From: a virus
Lineage: Duplodnaviria; Caudoviricetes
DNA: 45,093 nt
Reading direction: 5' to 3' (one strand)
Virus record (IMG/VR): IMGVR_UViG_3300033513_000281
Location: 1-45,093 of that record
This document shows positions 42,802-45,093 of the stretch, one piece after another. A program made the position numbers and the translations under genes. Position 1 is the stretch's first letter. Each line of letters starts with the position of its first letter. The notes beneath the pieces were generated by a model. It was given only the letters and a program-made list of their open reading frames with translations, did not search any database and had not been told where the DNA came from.

Positions 42802-43053
42802 ATGAAACGGGAACGAATCACAAAACGAGAGATTGAGGCCGTCCGGCGTATCTATCGCAACGGCGACATCCCGGCCCGAATCCTGGCGGCTGAAATCGGG
42901 GTATCGGAGAACATCTTTTATCGCTGGTTAAGCGGTAGCCGAAACCCCGGATATTTGGTCACGGCAAGGATTCGCCAATTCATCAAACGCCATACCATCG
43001 AGCGCAAGGCTCGGGAGGTTTCGGAAGTAATGAAGGCGGAGGTCGGGAAATGA
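42802..43053 (+). CDS. Cro/XRE-like HTH regulator, probably leaderless
   Basis: LAAEIGVSENIFYRWLSG-x-R-x-P. ATG directly after the -10 region with no SD. Confidence 0.8.
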   Translation: MKRERITKREIEAVRRIYRNGDIPARILAAEIGVSENIFYRWLSGSRNPGYLVTARIRQFIKRHTIERKAREVSEVMKAEVGK

Positions 43054-43340
43054 GAAATCCGACTTCCGTAGAAACAGAAAAAGGCCGTAAAGAAACTCGT
43101 TATACGAGGCAAGGCGCAACGATTCCGGCCAAAAACCCCGAAATCGGGCAACTGGTCAAGTGCCGTCTTCCAGGCTGTGAAATCGAGTTTATCAAAAAGT
43201 ATTCCTGGCACCTGTATTGCTCCACCAAATGCCGCGTCTATGCGTGGCAGAAATCTCACTTAACCGAAGACGGCCACGCCGATATTCTGCGCCGCATTAG
43301 CCGGATTGAATCTCAGCTCGGAATAAAGGAGTCAACATGA
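43050..43340 (+). CDS. Zinc-finger (CxxxxC...CSxxC) hypothetical protein
   Basis: CRLPGC-x3-F...YCSTKCR. Confidence 0.68.
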   Translation: MRNPTSVETEKGRKETRYTRQGATIPAKNPEIGQLVKCRLPGCEIEFIKKYSWHLYCSTKCRVYAWQKSHLTEDGHADILRRISRIESQLGIKEST

Positions 43341-43495
43341 AAGAGAAAGAGATTTATCGCGGCCGCGGCTTCAGGAACGCCAACATCATCGTCATTTGTG
43401 ACGGCGAAAAGCATTGGCAGAAATTGAGTGACGGCTCCCGGCGGTATGACGGCAAGTGCCGGGACGCCAAGAGTTGCCCGAATAAAGAATCATGA
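43337..43495 (+). CDS. Small hypothetical protein (52 aa)
   Basis: AAGGAG RBS, ATGA overlaps on both sides. Confidence 0.6.
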   Translation: MKEKEIYRGRGFRNANIIVICDGEKHWQKLSDGSRRYDGKCRDAKSCPNKES

Positions 43496-43734
43496 TCGCC
43501 GCCACGCGCTGTGTCTGCTGCGGAAATGTCGTCCTCAAGAAGGACGTCGATCCGATCACGGGCTTCGGGCCATGCTGCCCGACCCGGACTCGGAAGATCC
43601 GCGCTGATAAAAAAACGGGAGGAGGTGAGAACGACCAGAAAGACGCGCAAAATCTCGGGTCTCAAGTTCAGGAAGGGGAGGCCGGTCCGGTCTCCCTTAA
43701 ATTTCCCAAGCAACTAAAGCTCGGTTTTTTGTAA
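43492..43734 (+). CDS. Small zinc-finger-like protein
   Basis: CVCCG...GFGPCC. C-terminal QLKLGF. Confidence 0.6.
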   Translation: MIAATRCVCCGNVVLKKDVDPITGFGPCCPTRTRKIRADKKTGGGENDQKDAQNLGSQVQEGEAGPVSLKFPKQLKLGFL

Positions 43735-43744
43735 AGGAGGAAAC

Positions 43745-44938
43745 ATGAGCAATGGAACATTACCCGCAAAGACGGGCGGCGTAGGCGAGGACCTCTGCCT
43801 TCAAACGGGCGGAGTGTTCGAAAACGTGGACCGGCTCGCACAAGCCATCAAGGTCCTGGGCGAGAAATTCAATCTCGTCATGCCCGGCGGCGCCGTCGGG
43901 ACCAAATTGCCCCCCTGCTATGCCGTCGGAGTCTCATTCGTCTTTGTCGATGTCAAACACGAAACCTACCAAATTGCCGGACGGCCAGAGCTCGGGATGG
44001 GCAAGGCAAGCCTCGAGCGTATCGCGGCCGCGGCAGGCATCCGCTGGAATCCGTCTCTCTGCGGCCGCGTGGATGACGGGTCCAGCTCAAACTTTGTCGA
44101 GTACCAAGTTGCCGGTTCGGTGCTGCAGCTTGACGGCACGGAACGCATGCTCTCCGCGACCAAGAGGATTGATCTTCGCGCCGAGGAGAAGTCCGATCCG
44201 TCGACGTGGGGTGCCGACGCTCGGGAGATCGCGTGGCAAGCCGAAAATGCGAGTCCTCGCCGTGAGCCTTGGCCGCAGATCCTCCAAATGCGCCAACATA
44301 TTCTCAGCCTGGCCGAGACCAAGGCCAAGAATCGGGCGATTCGCAGCCTCGGGATCCGAGCCTCATACTCGGAGGCGGAGCTCGCTAAGGGCTTCGCGAT
44401 CGCGAAGCTCCAATTCACCGGCGACTCCGACGATCCGGAAACCAAGCACGAATTATCGATTATGATCGGCCGCCGGGCGCTGGAATCGGGCTCCATGCTT
44501 TATGGCCAGGTTCCGCAGTTGCCTCAGCGGGCCGTTCCGCGGATCATCACGGCCAAGGCCTGCGCCAAAGACGACGAGCCCGAGGAGGAAGAAGCTCCGG
44601 ATCCGGCCGGATCTTCGTCCGCGGCGGCGGCGCCCGCGGAAAATCCCCAGGCCCAGGCGCCCGTCCCCCCGAAGGAGAATCCCGAGCTCATCTGCGGTAA
44701 CAGGGATGGGGAGGGGAACTGGCCCAGGAAGCCGTGCTCGGAATTCACGGTCACGGACCTCAAGGCCAAGATCGCCTCGTATGAGAAAAAGCGCCCGGAA
44801 TGGAAGCCGAAATGGGCGGCCAAGAATGAGGCCGAGCTCGCGGCCATGAAAGCCTGGCTCGCGTTCAGGGAGCTCGATCCGCGGCAGGGCACGCTCGACA
44901 TGAATAAGCCCGCCGCGGCCGACAAGGTCCCGTACTGA
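43745..44938 (+). CDS. Putative single-strand annealing/recombination protein
   Basis: AAGGAGG RBS, AETKAKNRAIR-x-LGI motif reminiscent of Rad52/Erf-type annealases, acidic Pro-rich linker. Directly precedes sbcD-sbcC on the circle. Confidence 0.55.
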   Translation: MSNGTLPAKTGGVGEDLCLQTGGVFENVDRLAQAIKVLGEKFNLVMPGGAVGTKLPPCYAVGVSFVFVDVKHETYQIAGRPELGMGKASLERIAAAAGIRWNPSLCGRVDDGSSSNFVEYQVAGSVLQLDGTERMLSATKRIDLRAEEKSDPSTWGADAREIAWQAENASPRREPWPQILQMRQHILSLAETKAKNRAIRSLGIRASYSEAELAKGFAIAKLQFTGDSDDPETKHELSIMIGRRALESGSMLYGQVPQLPQRAVPRIITAKACAKDDEPEEEEAPDPAGSSSAAAAPAENPQAQAPVPPKENPELICGNRDGEGNWPRKPCSEFTVTDLKAKIASYEKKRPEWKPKWAAKNEAELAAMKAWLAFRELDPRQGTLDMNKPAAADKVPY

Positions 44939-44944
44939 GGCCCG

Positions 44945-45093
44945 CCATGAAACGCCTGCGCGTTTTGCATCTGGCGGACACCCACTTATACCTGTCCGGG
45001 CCTCGGGCCGAAGAGTGTAGGAGGGTTATCGACTGGATAGCCCTCCATGCCGCTGAGACGCATCCGGACGCGATCGTCATCGCAGGCGACGCC
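44945..45093 (+). repeat. Terminal direct repeat, copy 2 (restart of sbcD)
   Basis: Matches 1-149 with one mismatch. Confidence 0.97.

Larger units (their letters stand above)
1..45093. mobile_element. Complete circularly permuted tailed dsDNA phage genome (siphovirus-like), about 44.9 kb
   Basis: Ends overlap by 149 nt. Terminase, portal, protease/scaffold, capsid, neck, tail tube, tape measure, fibre, lysis and replication genes are in canonical order. No host housekeeping genes at the flanks and no tail sheath. Confidence 0.95.

Noticed and set aside
1-45093. Alternative genetic code, tRNAs, diversity-generating retroelement, introns or inteins
   Set aside because: Core genes are intact under code 11 and use all three stops. 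I recognised no cloverleaf, reverse transcriptase, TR/VR pair or intein motif by eye; a tRNAscan/Infernal run would be needed to be certain.
1-45093. Apparent abundance of palindromic restriction sites (CTCGAG, GAGCTC, GATC) as evidence of protected DNA
   Set aside because: This is an impression only and may reflect Leu-Glu/Glu-Leu codon usage. It needs a Markov-corrected k-mer count.

Overview
This window appears to be a complete, circularly permuted genome of a tailed dsDNA phage. Positions 1-149 recur at 44945-45093 with one synonymous difference, giving about 44,944 unique bp. The gene set is siphovirus-like: a tail tube and tape measure are present and no sheath is seen. A spanin-like lipoprotein suggests a diderm host. 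Nearly all genes are on the + strand, in this order: early control and recombination (Cro-like HTH, putative annealase, SbcD/SbcC), replication initiator with internal iterons, small accessory genes, lysis, a three-enzyme metabolic cassette (Zn-dehydrogenase, fused ThDP E1 alpha/beta, SDR), terminase, portal, protease-scaffold, capsid, a tri-domain glycosyltransferase plus methyltransferase, neck and tail genes, a Cys-repeat glycosidase-like lipoprotein, a phosphoesterase and a DUF1599-like gene. A short divergent - strand operon encodes a radical SAM enzyme, a GNAT-like/amino-methyltransferase fusion and a nucleoside deoxyribosyltransferase-like protein. I could not recognise an integrase, CI repressor, polymerase, tRNA or CRISPR array. 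The most notable signals are a probable glycan-building and virion-glycosylation system split over two loci, a candidate DNA-hypermodification operon, two frameshift sites (-1 at A_AAA_AAC; +1 at CCC_TAA), a shared [IVL]QE maturation-site motif in head proteins, a shared MRKGLF N-terminus, and tandem three-way-junction RNA structures upstream of the initiator. All family calls are from motif recognition by eye; no database searches were run.
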